Translations under genes and position numbers: made by a program | The notes under the pieces: model-generated | The model's input: only the letters and a program-made list of their open reading frames with translations | Database searches by the model: none | Told to the model about the DNA's origin: nothing | NCBI GenBank assembly: GCA_937873225.1 | Contig: CALMVN010000146.1 | Location: 335 to 64,334, forward strand | Reading direction: 5' to 3' | Length of the DNA stretch: 64,000 nucleotides | Source of the DNA: an uncultured Acetobacteraceae bacterium | GTDB taxonomy: Bacteria > Pseudomonadota > Alphaproteobacteria > Acetobacterales > Acetobacteraceae | Shown here: positions 9,283 to 19,085 of the stretch, in pieces | Position numbering within the stretch: the first letter of the stretch is position 1 | Layout: every line of letters begins with the position of its first letter

Positions 9283-10820
9283 GCGTTCAGCCTCAGCCAA
9301 TGCCGTCCGTCGCGGGCCAGCAACGCATCCGCCGCGTCCGGGCCGGGCCTGCCGGCGGCATAGGGATGCAGGTCCCCGTTCCCCTCGTGCCAGGAGTCGA
9401 GGGCGGGCTGCACCACGCTCCAGCCGGCCTCGATGTTGTCGGCGCGCTGGAACAGCGTGGCGTCGCCGATCAGGCAGTCGTAGATCAGCGTCTCGTAGCC
9501 GGTGCTGGGCCCCTCCTGGAACCAGTCGGCGTAGTCGAACTTCATCCGCACGCCGCCGAGCTTGACGGTCGGACCCGGGACCTTGGCGGAGAACTGCATC
9601 GTCACCCCTTCGCTGGGCTGTATCTGCAGCACCATGATGTTGGGGGTCAGCTTGTCCACGGGGGTCTCGCGGAACAGCGCGTAGGGCGCCTGCTTGAAGT
9701 GGATCGCGATCTCGGTCTTGCGCGTGGTCAGCCGCTTGCCGGTGCGCAGGTAGAACGGCACCCCGGACCAGCGCCAGTTGTCGATCGACAGCTTCATCGC
9801 CACGAACGTCTCGGTGCCTGAATCCGGTGCCACGTCCGGCTCCTCGCGGTAGCCGGCCATCGCCCGGCCGGCGATGCTGCCGGCGGCGTACTGCCCGCGC
9901 ACGATGTCGTCCGCAGCGAGCTTGTGCACCGCCGCCAGCACCTTGGACTTCTCGTCGCGCACCGCGTCGGCCTCGAACGAGATCGGCGCCTCCATCGCCA
10001 CCATCGCCAGCAGCTGCATGATGTGGTTCGGCACCATGTCGCGCAGCGCGCCGGTGGTCTCGTAGAACCGTCCACGCTTCTCCACGCCGACGGTCTCGGC
10101 GGCGGTGATCTGCACGTGGTCGATGTTCTGGCGGTTCCACAGCGGCTCGAAGAACCCGTTGGAGAAGCGCAGCGCCAGGATGTTCTGCACCGTCTCCTTT
10201 CCCAGGTAGTGGTCGATCCGGTAGATCTGGCTCTCGTCGAGCGCCTGTCGGAGCTGGGCGTTCAGCGCCCGCGCAGAGGGCAGGTCGAAGCCGAACGGCT
10301 TTTCCACCACCACGCGCCGGAACCGCGTTTCCGTCTCGCCCGTCAGCCCGGCCGCCTCCAGGCGGCCGACGATGGACCCGAAGAACCGGGCCGCCACCGC
10401 GAGGTAGAACACGCAGTTGCCGACGCCGCAGCGGCTCGCCAGCGTGCGGTAGGTCTGCTCGTCGTCGAAGCTGCCGCGCAGGAACGAGATCCGCTCGCTC
10501 AGCCAGTGCCAGTCGGCCTCGTGCAGCTCCGACGCGCTGGCGCGACGCTGCGACACGAACTGGCGCATGGTGTCGCCGAGTTCGCGTCGCAGGCCCTCGC
10601 TGTCCAGGTCCGACCAGTCGACGGCGATGATCGAGAACGCCTCGTCGAGCAGCCCGGCGCCGACCAGGTTGTAGATCGCCGGCACCAGCAGCCGCCTGGT
10701 CAGGTCGCCGCCGCCGCCGAAGATGACCAGGGTGCAGGGCGGGCTGCGGCGCGGCGCGACCAGCGGCCGGTCGTCGTCCTCCGGTGGCGTGCCGGGCTCG
10801 AGCTCGAGCGATTCCGACAT
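9279..10820 (-). CDS. zwf: Glucose-6-phosphate 1-dehydrogenase
   Basis: IFGGGGDLT, EKPFG, catalytic RIDHYLGKETVQN, GALRDMVPNH, RWSGVPFYLRTGK. ATG 10820. Confidence 0.97.
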   Translation of the reverse strand: MSESLELEPGTPPEDDDRPLVAPRRSPPCTLVIFGGGGDLTRRLLVPAIYNLVGAGLLDEAFSIIAVDWSDLDSEGLRRELGDTMRQFVSQRRASASELHEADWHWLSERISFLRGSFDDEQTYRTLASRCGVGNCVFYLAVAARFFGSIVGRLEAAGLTGETETRFRRVVVEKPFGFDLPSARALNAQLRQALDESQIYRIDHYLGKETVQNILALRFSNGFFEPLWNRQNIDHVQITAAETVGVEKRGRFYETTGALRDMVPNHIMQLLAMVAMEAPISFEADAVRDEKSKVLAAVHKLAADDIVRGQYAAGSIAGRAMAGYREEPDVAPDSGTETFVAMKLSIDNWRWSGVPFYLRTGKRLTTRKTEIAIHFKQAPYALFRETPVDKLTPNIMVLQIQPSEGVTMQFSAKVPGPTVKLGGVRMKFDYADWFQEGPSTGYETLIYDCLIGDATLFQRADNIEAGWSVVQPALDSWHEGNGDLHPYAAGRPGPDAADALLARDGRHWLRLNA

Positions 10821-10822
10821 GC

Positions 10823-11854
10823 CTAGTCCTTCTTGTCCGACACTTCGCTGCCGTGCTTCTTCTCGGTGGAGTGCTGCTCGATGTGGCCGCCGAACTGGAA
10901 CCGCATCGCCGACAGCAGCTTCTCGCCGAAGTTGTTGCCGGACCGGCTGCGGAACCGGGTGAACAGCGCCTGGCTCAGCACCGGCACCGGCACCGCCTCC
11001 TCGATCGCCGCCTCGATGGTCCAGCGGCCCTCGCCGGAGTCCGCGACCTGCCCGGTGAACTCCGACAGGGTGCCGTCCTTGGCCAGCGAGTTGGCGCACA
11101 GGTCCAGCAGCCAGGACGAGATCACGCTGCCGCGCCGCCACACCTCGGCGATGTCGCCCATGTTGAGATCGAAGCGCTGCTCGGGCTGGAGGTCGCCGGA
11201 GTTCTTGTTGCGCAACACGTCGAAGCCCTCGGCGAAGGCCTGCATGATCCCGTACTCGATGCCGTTGTGCACCATCTTGACGAAGTGGCCGGAGCCGGCC
11301 GGGCCGGTATGGAGGTAGCCCTGCTCCGCCTTGGGATCGAGCCCCTCGGCGTCGCGTCCGGGGGTGCGCTCGACCGAGCCGATGCCGGGCGCCAGGGCGG
11401 ACAGGATCGGGTCGATCCGGTCCACCGCCTCCTTGGCGCCGCCGATCATCATGCAGTAGCCGCGCTCGAGGCCGTACACGCCGCCGGAGGTGCCGACGTC
11501 GACGTAGTGGATGCCCTTCTCGCGCAGGGTGGCGGCCCGGCGTATGTCGTCCTTGTAGTAGCTGTTGCCGCCGTCGATGATGACGTCGCCCTCGTCCATC
11601 AGCCCGGCCAGGGTCTCGATCGTTTCCTCGGTGATCCTGCCTGCCGGCAGCATGACCCACACCGCACGCGGCGCGGACAGCTTCGAGACCAGATCCTTCA
11701 GCCCGTCGGCCTCCTGGCTCTTCTCGGCGCGGCCATGCACCTTGGAGACGACCGCAGGGTCGCGGTCGTACAGCACCACCTCGTGCCCGTGCTTCGAAAG
11801 CCGGACGGAGATGTTGCCGCCCATCCGTCCAAGACCGATGATGCCGAGCTGCAT
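10823..11854 (-). CDS. gnd: 6-phosphogluconate dehydrogenase, decarboxylating (short GntZ/YqeC type)
   Basis: [63 protein letters not shown]. Confidence 0.96.
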   Translation of the reverse strand: MQLGIIGLGRMGGNISVRLSKHGHEVVLYDRDPAVVSKVHGRAEKSQEADGLKDLVSKLSAPRAVWVMLPAGRITEETIETLAGLMDEGDVIIDGGNSYYKDDIRRAATLREKGIHYVDVGTSGGVYGLERGYCMMIGGAKEAVDRIDPILSALAPGIGSVERTPGRDAEGLDPKAEQGYLHTGPAGSGHFVKMVHNGIEYGIMQAFAEGFDVLRNKNSGDLQPEQRFDLNMGDIAEVWRRGSVISSWLLDLCANSLAKDGTLSEFTGQVADSGEGRWTIEAAIEEAVPVPVLSQALFTRFRSRSGNNFGEKLLSAMRFQFGGHIEQHSTEKKHGSEVSDKKD

Positions 11855-11909
11855 GGGGTGTTCCTCGTTTGCGGGAGCAGGCCGGCCGGCGGCCTTGTCG
11901 GGAGGGGAG

Positions 11910-11935
11910 CCGGCGCGCCCGCCCGGGCGCGCCGG
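11910..11935. terminator. GC-rich hairpin between tal-pgi and gnd (no U-tract; possible mRNA stability or processing element)
   Basis: CCGGCGCGCCC-gccc-GGGCGCGCCGG, a perfect 11-bp stem. Confidence 0.4.
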
Positions 11936-11946
11936 TTACGGGAGGT

Positions 11947-14820
11947 TCAGGCCACGGCGGCCTTGATCGCGGCACCCAGCCGTTCCAGCGCCGCTGGCAG
12001 GCTGCCCCTGGCGTGCACGCGGAGCGCGCGCCGGCCGCGCTCGGCCAGCACGTCGAAGTCGCCGCGCGCCTGCGCCGCCTTGACCACGCCGAAGGTGTAC
12101 TTCTCGCCCGGCACCGGAAGGTCGGCACTGTCGTCGGCGGTGATCTGCAGGAACACGCCGCTGTCCGGGCCGCCCTTGTAGGCCTGGCCGGTGGAGTGGA
12201 GGAAGCGCGGCCCGAACTCGGCCGCGGTGGCGACGTGCCTGGCATCCCGGATCGCCAGGCGCGCCTGCTGGATCCACGCCATCGTCTTCGGGTCGCGCTC
12301 GACATAGGCCAGCAGCGCCACGTAGTCGCCGGCCTTCGCCCGATCGAGATGCGCCTTGAGCACCGCCTCCAGGCTGCCGCCGCCCAGCGCCTTGGCGTTG
12401 CTCTCGTCGGCGAAGAAGCTGAAGTCGCCGTCGGTGGCGAACGGGGTCTCCGCCGGCAGCGAGCCGCTCTGGTTGTAGGCGTCGGTCAGCTTGCGCGTCT
12501 CGATCTTGCTGGCCTCGACGTCCGGCTGGTTGAACGCGTTGATGCCGATGATGGCGCCCGCCACCGCGGTGGCGAACTCCCAGCGGAAGAACTCCTGCGC
12601 GATCTGGATCTTCGACGTCAGCGCGACCGTCACCACCGGCTGGCCGGCCTCCTCCAGCGCCTTGATCGCCGCGTCCTGGGTGGCGTCGGGGCTGTCGGCG
12701 AGGCGCAGATAGGCGAACACCCGGTCGTTGCCGTAGGCCGACGGCGCCGCCAGCGTCTCGCCCTCGATCGGGATCAGGCCCTTGCCGTCCTTGCCGGTGG
12801 ACTCCGCCAGCAACTGCTCCAGCCAGGCGCCGAGGTCGGCGATGCCGGGCGAGGCCTCGATGGTCACCTTGTCGCGCCCGTGCGCCGCCGCCACGCCCAG
12901 CAGGGTGCCGAGCAGCACGCCCGGGTTCTGGTTCGGCGGTGTGCCGGCCGAGCAGGCCTTGGCCATCCGGTCGGCGTTGGACAGGAACTCGTGCAGGTCG
13001 AGGCCGATCGCCGCCGCCGGCACCAGGCCGAAATTGGACAGCACCGAGTAGCGGCCGCCGATCCCCTTGTCGCCGTGGAAGATGCGCCAGAACCCGTCCT
13101 GCTTCGCCACTTCCTCCATGTGCGAGCCGGGATCGGTCACCGCGACGAAGTGTTCGCCCGCCTTGCCGCCGGTCGCCTGCTGCATCTTGTCGAAGAAGTA
13201 TGCCTTGAGGATGTTCGGCTCCAGCGTGCCGCCGGACTTGGAGGAGACGATCACCAGCGTGTTCGCCAGGTCGACCTTGTTCTCGAACGTCTTCACCTGC
13301 TGCGGGTCGGTGCTGTCGAGCACGTGCAGTTCCGGGAAGCCGGCGCGCTGGCCGAACGTTTCCGCCAGCACCTCAGGCCCGAGGCTCGACCCGCCCATGC
13401 CGAGCAGCAGCACGTGGCTGAAGTTCTTTGCCTTGACCTCGTCCTGGAACGCCGTCAGCTCGTCGACGTGCTCGGTGCGCTCGCCGATGATGCTGAGCCA
13501 GTTCAGCCACTTGCCTTCGTCCTGGCCGGTCCAGACCGAGGCGTCTCCCTGCCACAGCTTGCGCACCGTGCCGGCCTTGCGCCACGCTTCCAGACTGGCC
13601 TGCACCGCCTCGTCCAGGTCCTTGGGCAGCTTGAAGGTGCTCCTGGCGACGGTGTCGCCGGCCATGTCCGCCTTCTTGGCCGCCACCGCGCCGAGCAGCG
13701 CGTCAAACGAGTCCGCGAACGCGTCCACGCCGTCCTTGACCAGCTTCGTGGTGACGCCGTCGAGGTCAAGGCCGAGGCGCTCGACCTCGGACAGCACGTG
13801 GCGTGCGCCCTCGACGTCCTCGGTCAGGGCGTTGCGCGGGGTGCCGTGGTCGCGGAACGCGTCCATGGTTGCCGGCGGCATGGTGTTGACGGTGTCGGCG
13901 CCGACCAGCTCGTCACAGTACAGCACGTCGCTGTACGCCTTGTCCTTCACGCCGGTGGACGCCCAGAGCAGGCGCTGCGGGTTGGCGCCGGCCGCCTTCA
14001 GCGCCTGCCAGCGCGGGCTCTGGCTGATCTCCAGGTAGTGCTGGTAGGCCATCTTGGCGTTGGCGATCGCGACCTTGCCGCGAAGCGACTTCAGCGTCTC
14101 GGCCTCGGCGTCGCCGGCCGCGACCCTCTTGTCGATCTCCTTGTCGATCAGCCCGTCGATCCGGCTGACGAAGAAGCTGGCGACGGACGCGATGTGCGAG
14201 ATGTCCTCGCCCTTGCCATGCCGTTCCTCGAGACCGGAGATGTAGGCCTCCAGGACCTTCTTGTACGCGTCGAGCGAGAACAGCAGGGTGACGTTGATGT
14301 TGATCCCTTCGGAGATCACCTGGCGGATCGCCGGCACGCCGGGCTCGGTGCCCGGGATCTTGACCATCAGGTTCGGCTTGCCGACCGCCTTCCACAGGCG
14401 GCGCGCCTCGTCGATCGTCGGCTCGGTGTAGAGCCCGAGATACGGCGACACTTCCAGGCTGACATAGCCGTCGAGCCCTTCGGTCTCGTCCCAGACCGGG
14501 CGCAGCACGTCGGCGGCGGCGCGTATGTCGTCGATCGCCATCGTCTCGTAGATCTCCGAGACGTCGGTGTTGCGCTCGCCCTGCACGATCGACTTGAACT
14601 GGCCGTCGTAGTCGGTGCCGTGGCCCATCGCCTTCTCGAAGATGGCGGGGTTGGAGGTCACGCCCTTGAGCCCGTCCTCCTTCACCAGCCTGGCCAGGCT
14701 GCCGTTCTCGACAAAGGAACGCTGGATGAAGTCGAGCCACGGCGATTGTCCGAACTTCGCCAGGGTCTGCAGTGGATTGCCCGTTTCCTGCATCCCTGAT
14801 GTCTTCTGAACGACGTTCAT
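11947..14820 (-). CDS. tal-pgi: Bifunctional transaldolase / glucose-6-phosphate isomerase
   Basis: N-terminal transaldolase (GVTSNPAIF, VSLEVSP, NLMVKIPGT, NVTLLFS, RLLWASTG). C-terminal PGI (GMGGSSLGP, VSSKSGGTLE, GGRYSVLS, NQPDVE, HSTGQAYKGG). Confidence 0.95.
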   Translation of the reverse strand: MNVVQKTSGMQETGNPLQTLAKFGQSPWLDFIQRSFVENGSLARLVKEDGLKGVTSNPAIFEKAMGHGTDYDGQFKSIVQGERNTDVSEIYETMAIDDIRAAADVLRPVWDETEGLDGYVSLEVSPYLGLYTEPTIDEARRLWKAVGKPNLMVKIPGTEPGVPAIRQVISEGININVTLLFSLDAYKKVLEAYISGLEERHGKGEDISHIASVASFFVSRIDGLIDKEIDKRVAAGDAEAETLKSLRGKVAIANAKMAYQHYLEISQSPRWQALKAAGANPQRLLWASTGVKDKAYSDVLYCDELVGADTVNTMPPATMDAFRDHGTPRNALTEDVEGARHVLSEVERLGLDLDGVTTKLVKDGVDAFADSFDALLGAVAAKKADMAGDTVARSTFKLPKDLDEAVQASLEAWRKAGTVRKLWQGDASVWTGQDEGKWLNWLSIIGERTEHVDELTAFQDEVKAKNFSHVLLLGMGGSSLGPEVLAETFGQRAGFPELHVLDSTDPQQVKTFENKVDLANTLVIVSSKSGGTLEPNILKAYFFDKMQQATGGKAGEHFVAVTDPGSHMEEVAKQDGFWRIFHGDKGIGGRYSVLSNFGLVPAAAIGLDLHEFLSNADRMAKACSAGTPPNQNPGVLLGTLLGVAAAHGRDKVTIEASPGIADLGAWLEQLLAESTGKDGKGLIPIEGETLAAPSAYGNDRVFAYLRLADSPDATQDAAIKALEEAGQPVVTVALTSKIQIAQEFFRWEFATAVAGAIIGINAFNQPDVEASKIETRKLTDAYNQSGSLPAETPFATDGDFSFFADESNAKALGGGSLEAVLKAHLDRAKAGDYVALLAYVERDPKTMAWIQQARLAIRDARHVATAAEFGPRFLHSTGQAYKGGPDSGVFLQITADDSADLPVPGEKYTFGVVKAAQARGDFDVLAERGRRALRVHARGSLPAALERLGAAIKAAVA

Positions 14821-14856
14821 GACGTGAACTCCTTCAAGCGGTTCGCGAAGCGGACC

Positions 14857-14881
14857 GGCTCCGGACCGGTTTCCCGGAGCC
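14857..14881. terminator. Hairpin between tkt and tal-pgi
   Basis: GGCTCCGG / CCGGAGCC 8-bp stem with a 9-nt loop; no U-tract. Confidence 0.25.
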
Positions 14882-14959
14882 GCTCGCCCGCTTCACCGGG
14901 ATCGACCGGCGAGTTGCCGCCGGACGTGCCGAAGCACCTCCGGCTCGGCGCCGAAGCGT

Positions 14960-17077
14960 TTATTCCTTGGCCCCGTTGGCCTGGGCCCGTGCCGTTTCCA
15001 GCACCTTCTCCGGCGTGAAGCCGAACTTGGTCTGCAGGTCGCTCAGCGGCGCGGAGGCACCGAAGGTGTGCATGGCGATGATGGCGCCCTTGAACCCGAC
15101 ATAGCGGTCCCAGCCGAACGAGGCCGCCTGCTCGATCGCCACCCGGCCGGTAACGCCCGACGGCAGCACGCTTTCGCGGTATGCCTCGTCCTGCTCCTCG
15201 AACAGGTCGAAGGAGGGCATCGACACCACGCGCGCCTTGATCCCCTCCGCGGTGAGCGCCTCGTAGGCGCCGACCGCCAGCGACAGCTCCGAGCCGGTGG
15301 CCATCAGGATCACCGCCGGGGTGCCGTCGCAGTCGCCGAGCACGTAGGCGCCCTTGGCGAGACCCGAGGCCGGAGCATACTTGGTGCGGTCCAGCGTCGG
15401 CAGCGCCTGCCGGCTCAGGATCAGCGCCGCCGGCTTCTCCTTCAGCGGCACGATCACGCGCCAGGCTTCCGCCACCTCGTTGGCGTCGCCGGGGCGGATG
15501 GTCATGATGCCGGGCGTGGCGCGCAGCTGCGCCAGCTGCTCGATCGGCTGGTGGGTCGGTCCGTCCTCGCCCACGCCGATGCTGTCATGGGTGAAGATGT
15601 AGACGACCGGCAGCTCCATGATCGCCGACAGGCGGATCGGCGCCTTCATGTAGTCGGAGAAGATCAGGAACCCGGAACAGTACGGCCGGATGCCGGACAG
15701 GGCGATGCCGTTGGTGATCGAGCCCATCGCGTGCTCGCGCACGCCGAAATGCAGGTTTCGCCCGCCATAGCTCCCGGCCTCGAAGCTGCCGGCACCCTGG
15801 AAGGTCAGGTTGGTCTTGGTCGAGGGCGACAGGTCGGCGGCGCCGCCGATCATCCACGGCACGTGCGGCGCGATCGCGTTCAGGATCTTGCCGGAGCTTT
15901 CGCGCGAGGCGACGCCCTTCTTGTCCGCCTCGTAGCTGGGGATCTCCTTGTCCCATCCTTCCGGCAGATGATGCTGGTTGATCATCTCCAGCTCGGCGGC
16001 AAGCTCCGGATACTCGCTCTTGTAGCGGCCGAGCATCTCCAGCCACTCGGCGTTGAGCTTCTGCCCGCGCGCGCCGATCCCCGCCTGGAAGTGCTCCGGG
16101 ACGCCGTCCGGCACGTAGAACGTCTTGTCCTCGGGCCAGCCGTAGAACCTCTTGGTGCCGGCGATCTCCTCGTCGCCGAGCGGCTCGCCATGCGCGGCGG
16201 CGGTGCCCTGCTTCTTCGGCGCGCCCCAGGCGATCTTGCTGTGCACCACGATCAGGGTCGGACGGCCGCCTTCGGCCCCGTCCTGCGCCCGCGCGGCCTC
16301 GAACTGCGTCCGCAACAGGCCGAGGTCGTTGGCGTCGTGCACCTCCAGCACGTTCCAGCCGTAGCCCTCGAACCGTTTGTGCGTGTTCTCGATGAAGGCG
16401 AGCTCGGTGGAGCCCTCGATGCTGATCTGGTTGCTGTCGTAGAGCCAGGTGAGATTGGACAGCTTCAGGTGGCCGGCGATCGAGGCGGCCTCGCTGGAGA
16501 TGCCCTCCATCTGGTCGCCGTCGCCGCTGAAGGTCCAGATGTGGTAGTCGAAGATCGGGAACCCGGGCTTGTTGTAGCGGTCGGCCAGCCAGCGCTGCGC
16601 CATGGCCATGCCGACCGAGTTGCCGCAGCCCTGGCCGAGCGGGCCGGTGGTGGTCTCGACGCCGGAGGTGAAGCGGTACTCCGGGTGGCCGGGAGTCTTG
16701 GAGCTGAGCTGACGGAACTGCTTGAGGTCGTCGATCGTCAGCGACGGCTTGGAGCGGTCCTCGCCCTCGTTGACCGACTTCACTCCGGCCAGGAAGATCA
16801 GCGAGTAAAGTAGCATCGACGCGTGCCCGACCGACAGCACGAAGCGGTCGCGGTTCGGCCAGTTCGGATCCTCCGGGTTGTAGCGGAGCAGCTGGTTCCA
16901 CAGCACGTAGGCGGCGGGCGACAGCGACATCGGCGTTCCGGGGTGGCCGGACTTGGCCTTCTGCACCGCGTCCATCGCCAGGGTCCGCATCGTGTTGATG
17001 CAGAGCTGGTCGATCGCGGCGGGGCCGCCAGAGGAGCCGTCCGGTGCACGCAGGAGGTCACGCTGGCCTGAACCCAT
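14960..17077 (-). CDS. tkt: Transketolase
   Basis: DAVQKAKSGHPG, DRFVLSVGHASML, TPGHPE, TTGPLGQG, GDGDQMEG, FGVREHAM, HDSIGVGEDGPTHQP. Start ATG 17077 is approximate. Confidence 0.97.
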   Translation of the reverse strand: MGSGQRDLLRAPDGSSGGPAAIDQLCINTMRTLAMDAVQKAKSGHPGTPMSLSPAAYVLWNQLLRYNPEDPNWPNRDRFVLSVGHASMLLYSLIFLAGVKSVNEGEDRSKPSLTIDDLKQFRQLSSKTPGHPEYRFTSGVETTTGPLGQGCGNSVGMAMAQRWLADRYNKPGFPIFDYHIWTFSGDGDQMEGISSEAASIAGHLKLSNLTWLYDSNQISIEGSTELAFIENTHKRFEGYGWNVLEVHDANDLGLLRTQFEAARAQDGAEGGRPTLIVVHSKIAWGAPKKQGTAAAHGEPLGDEEIAGTKRFYGWPEDKTFYVPDGVPEHFQAGIGARGQKLNAEWLEMLGRYKSEYPELAAELEMINQHHLPEGWDKEIPSYEADKKGVASRESSGKILNAIAPHVPWMIGGAADLSPSTKTNLTFQGAGSFEAGSYGGRNLHFGVREHAMGSITNGIALSGIRPYCSGFLIFSDYMKAPIRLSAIMELPVVYIFTHDSIGVGEDGPTHQPIEQLAQLRATPGIMTIRPGDANEVAEAWRVIVPLKEKPAALILSRQALPTLDRTKYAPASGLAKGAYVLGDCDGTPAVILMATGSELSLAVGAYEALTAEGIKARVVSMPSFDLFEEQDEAYRESVLPSGVTGRVAIEQAASFGWDRYVGFKGAIIAMHTFGASAPLSDLQTKFGFTPEKVLETARAQANGAKE

Positions 17078-17203
17078 GGGAAACCGCCTTCCGTTATCGT
17101 CAATGTCCGGCCGGATCACGGCCCGCGCCATGTTGCAGCGCAGCGAACGGGCCGGCAAGCCATGGCCCGCATCCGCGTCACGCTGCACCCAATCCGCCCG
17201 TTC

Positions 17204-17231
17204 GGAACGTCCCAATCTCGTCAGGGGTTGC
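17204..17231. promoter_or_regulatory. Possible EcfG-type promoter with an 18-nt spacer (readable on either strand)
   Basis: + strand GGAAC-N18-GTTG; - strand GCAAC-N18-GTTC. Lies between divergent tkt and the S10 peptidase gene. Confidence 0.3.
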
Positions 17232-17389
17232 GCGGGTTCATCACGAAAGCTCGACATCCGGCACGGCCGTTCCCGTCGGCGGCTGCCGAGGCCGATGTTG
17301 GTCGTGTCCCGCGGCCGGGGCAGGATCCGGCGCCGGGCGCCTCATGGCATGGATCGTGCTGCGTCCGCGCCGCCTCGCCAGGGAACCTC

Positions 17390-19054
17390 ATGATCCAGCA
17401 ACGCCCCTCCAGCTGCCTCCGCCACGTCCTTGCCGGGTGGATCCTGTCCGCCGTCTTCTGGTTCATGCAGCCGGCGTTGGCCGCCGGTGCCGTGTCGGCC
17501 GGCGCCAGCCCTGGCGGGTCGGCCTCGACCGGCGGACCACCCGGCCGCCTGCCGGCGGACTCCGTCACCAGCGGCTCGGTCGGCCTCGCGAACGGGCAGG
17601 TGGTCGCCTTCACCGCCGTCGCCGGGCTGCTGGCGGTGGGCGGGACGGACCGGGAGGATGCCCTTCTGGCGCCCGACGGCAGCACCGCGGCGGACGCGGC
17701 GCTGCCGTCGGCGCCGGACGACCAGCCGGCGACGGCGCGCATGTCGTATACCGCCTACTTCGCGAAGGGATCGGCACCGCGGCAGCGGCCGATCGTGTTC
17801 ATCTACGATGGCGGTCCCGGCTCCTCGACCATGAGCCTGCTGATGGAGTCGGTCGGCCCGGTGCGGGCCGTCGTTCCCGACCTGCAGCACCCGGCGGGCG
17901 GCCCGTACCGGGTGCGGGACAACCCGGACTCGCTGCTGGACGCCGCCGACCTCGTCTTCATCGACGCGCCCGGCACCGGCTACGGCAGCATCCAGGGCCA
18001 TGACGCCGCGGCCAGCTTCTACGGCATCGATGGGGACGCGGCCGCCTTCGACCGCTTCATCCGGCGCTTCCTGACCCGGTACGACCGCTGGACCTCTCCC
18101 AAGTACCTGTTCGGCCACAGCTACGGCACGGTGCGCAGCGCGGCGCTGGCGCGGCAGCTGATCGGCGACGACGTGGACCTGAACGGGATCATCTCGCTGA
18201 GCCAGTACCTGAGCATCGACGACTTCATCGACGCGGCACCCTCCAACCCGGGCGTGGAGAACCCCTTCTTCCTGGCGCTGCCGAGCTATGCCGCGATCGC
18301 CTGGTACCACGGCAAGGTGCCGAACCGGCCGGCCACCCTGGAGCCGTGGATCCACCAGGTGGAAGGCTACGCGCTCGGCGAGTACGCGAGCGCACTGCTC
18401 GCCGGCGCGGACCTCCAGCCGGATCGGAAGCAGGCGGTGGCGGCGCGGCTCGCGAGCTATACCGGCATCCCGGCGGGGACCTGGCTGAAGGCTGACCTCC
18501 GCCTCACCGCCGGCGCGTTCGAGAAGATCCTGCTGGAAGACGGCGCACGGACGATCGGCCGGCTGGACGGGCGCTACCAGGGGCCGGCCCTGGACCCGAT
18601 GGCGGCAGAGGCCGAGTACGACCCGTTCTCGACCTCGACCAGCGCGGCGGTCACGGCGGCGATGCACAGCTACGCGCGCGACACGCTGAGGGTCGACGCC
18701 GGCCTCGCCTTCCAGCCGTTCGCCGACGTCCCGGACCTGAAATGGGACACCTACCACGCGACGCCCGGCAAGCCGTGGCTGGGCTTCTACAACGTCATGC
18801 CGGACCTGGCCGAGACGATGAAGCGGAACCCGGCCATGCGCGTCCTGGTGATGGGCGGCTACTTCGACCTGAGCACGACCACCCTCGCCGCGATCTACGA
18901 GATGAAGCACCTGCCGATCCCGCCGTCGCTGCAGGGGAACATCGAGTACCAATTCTTTCCCACCGGTCACGAGGCCTATGTCGACGACGACGCCCTGCAC
19001 GCGATGCACGACCGCATGGCGCAGTTCATCGCGGCCGGCAGCGGCACACGCTGA
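17390..19054 (+). CDS. Secreted S10-family serine carboxypeptidase
   Basis: Signal-peptide-like N-terminus, FIYDGGPGSS, DLVFIDAPGTGYG, nucleophile GHSYG, MGGYFDLST, catalytic-His region GHEAY. Confidence 0.9.
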   Translation: MIQQRPSSCLRHVLAGWILSAVFWFMQPALAAGAVSAGASPGGSASTGGPPGRLPADSVTSGSVGLANGQVVAFTAVAGLLAVGGTDREDALLAPDGSTAADAALPSAPDDQPATARMSYTAYFAKGSAPRQRPIVFIYDGGPGSSTMSLLMESVGPVRAVVPDLQHPAGGPYRVRDNPDSLLDAADLVFIDAPGTGYGSIQGHDAAASFYGIDGDAAAFDRFIRRFLTRYDRWTSPKYLFGHSYGTVRSAALARQLIGDDVDLNGIISLSQYLSIDDFIDAAPSNPGVENPFFLALPSYAAIAWYHGKVPNRPATLEPWIHQVEGYALGEYASALLAGADLQPDRKQAVAARLASYTGIPAGTWLKADLRLTAGAFEKILLEDGARTIGRLDGRYQGPALDPMAAEAEYDPFSTSTSAAVTAAMHSYARDTLRVDAGLAFQPFADVPDLKWDTYHATPGKPWLGFYNVMPDLAETMKRNPAMRVLVMGGYFDLSTTTLAAIYEMKHLPIPPSLQGNIEYQFFPTGHEAYVDDDALHAMHDRMAQFIAAGSGTR

Positions 19055-19085
19055 CGGATCGTGCTCTCCCTGGACATTGCGGCGG

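Noticed and set aside
6863-12305. Apparent N-terminal extensions or fusions in the ORF track (6863..8947, 8440..10140, 9279..12305, 5663..6766)
   Set aside because: The extensions overlap upstream genes in another frame. The real starts lie at the operon junctions.
11947-14820. Transaldolase-PGI fusion as a novelty
   Set aside because: This fusion is already described in acetic acid bacteria such as Gluconobacter.
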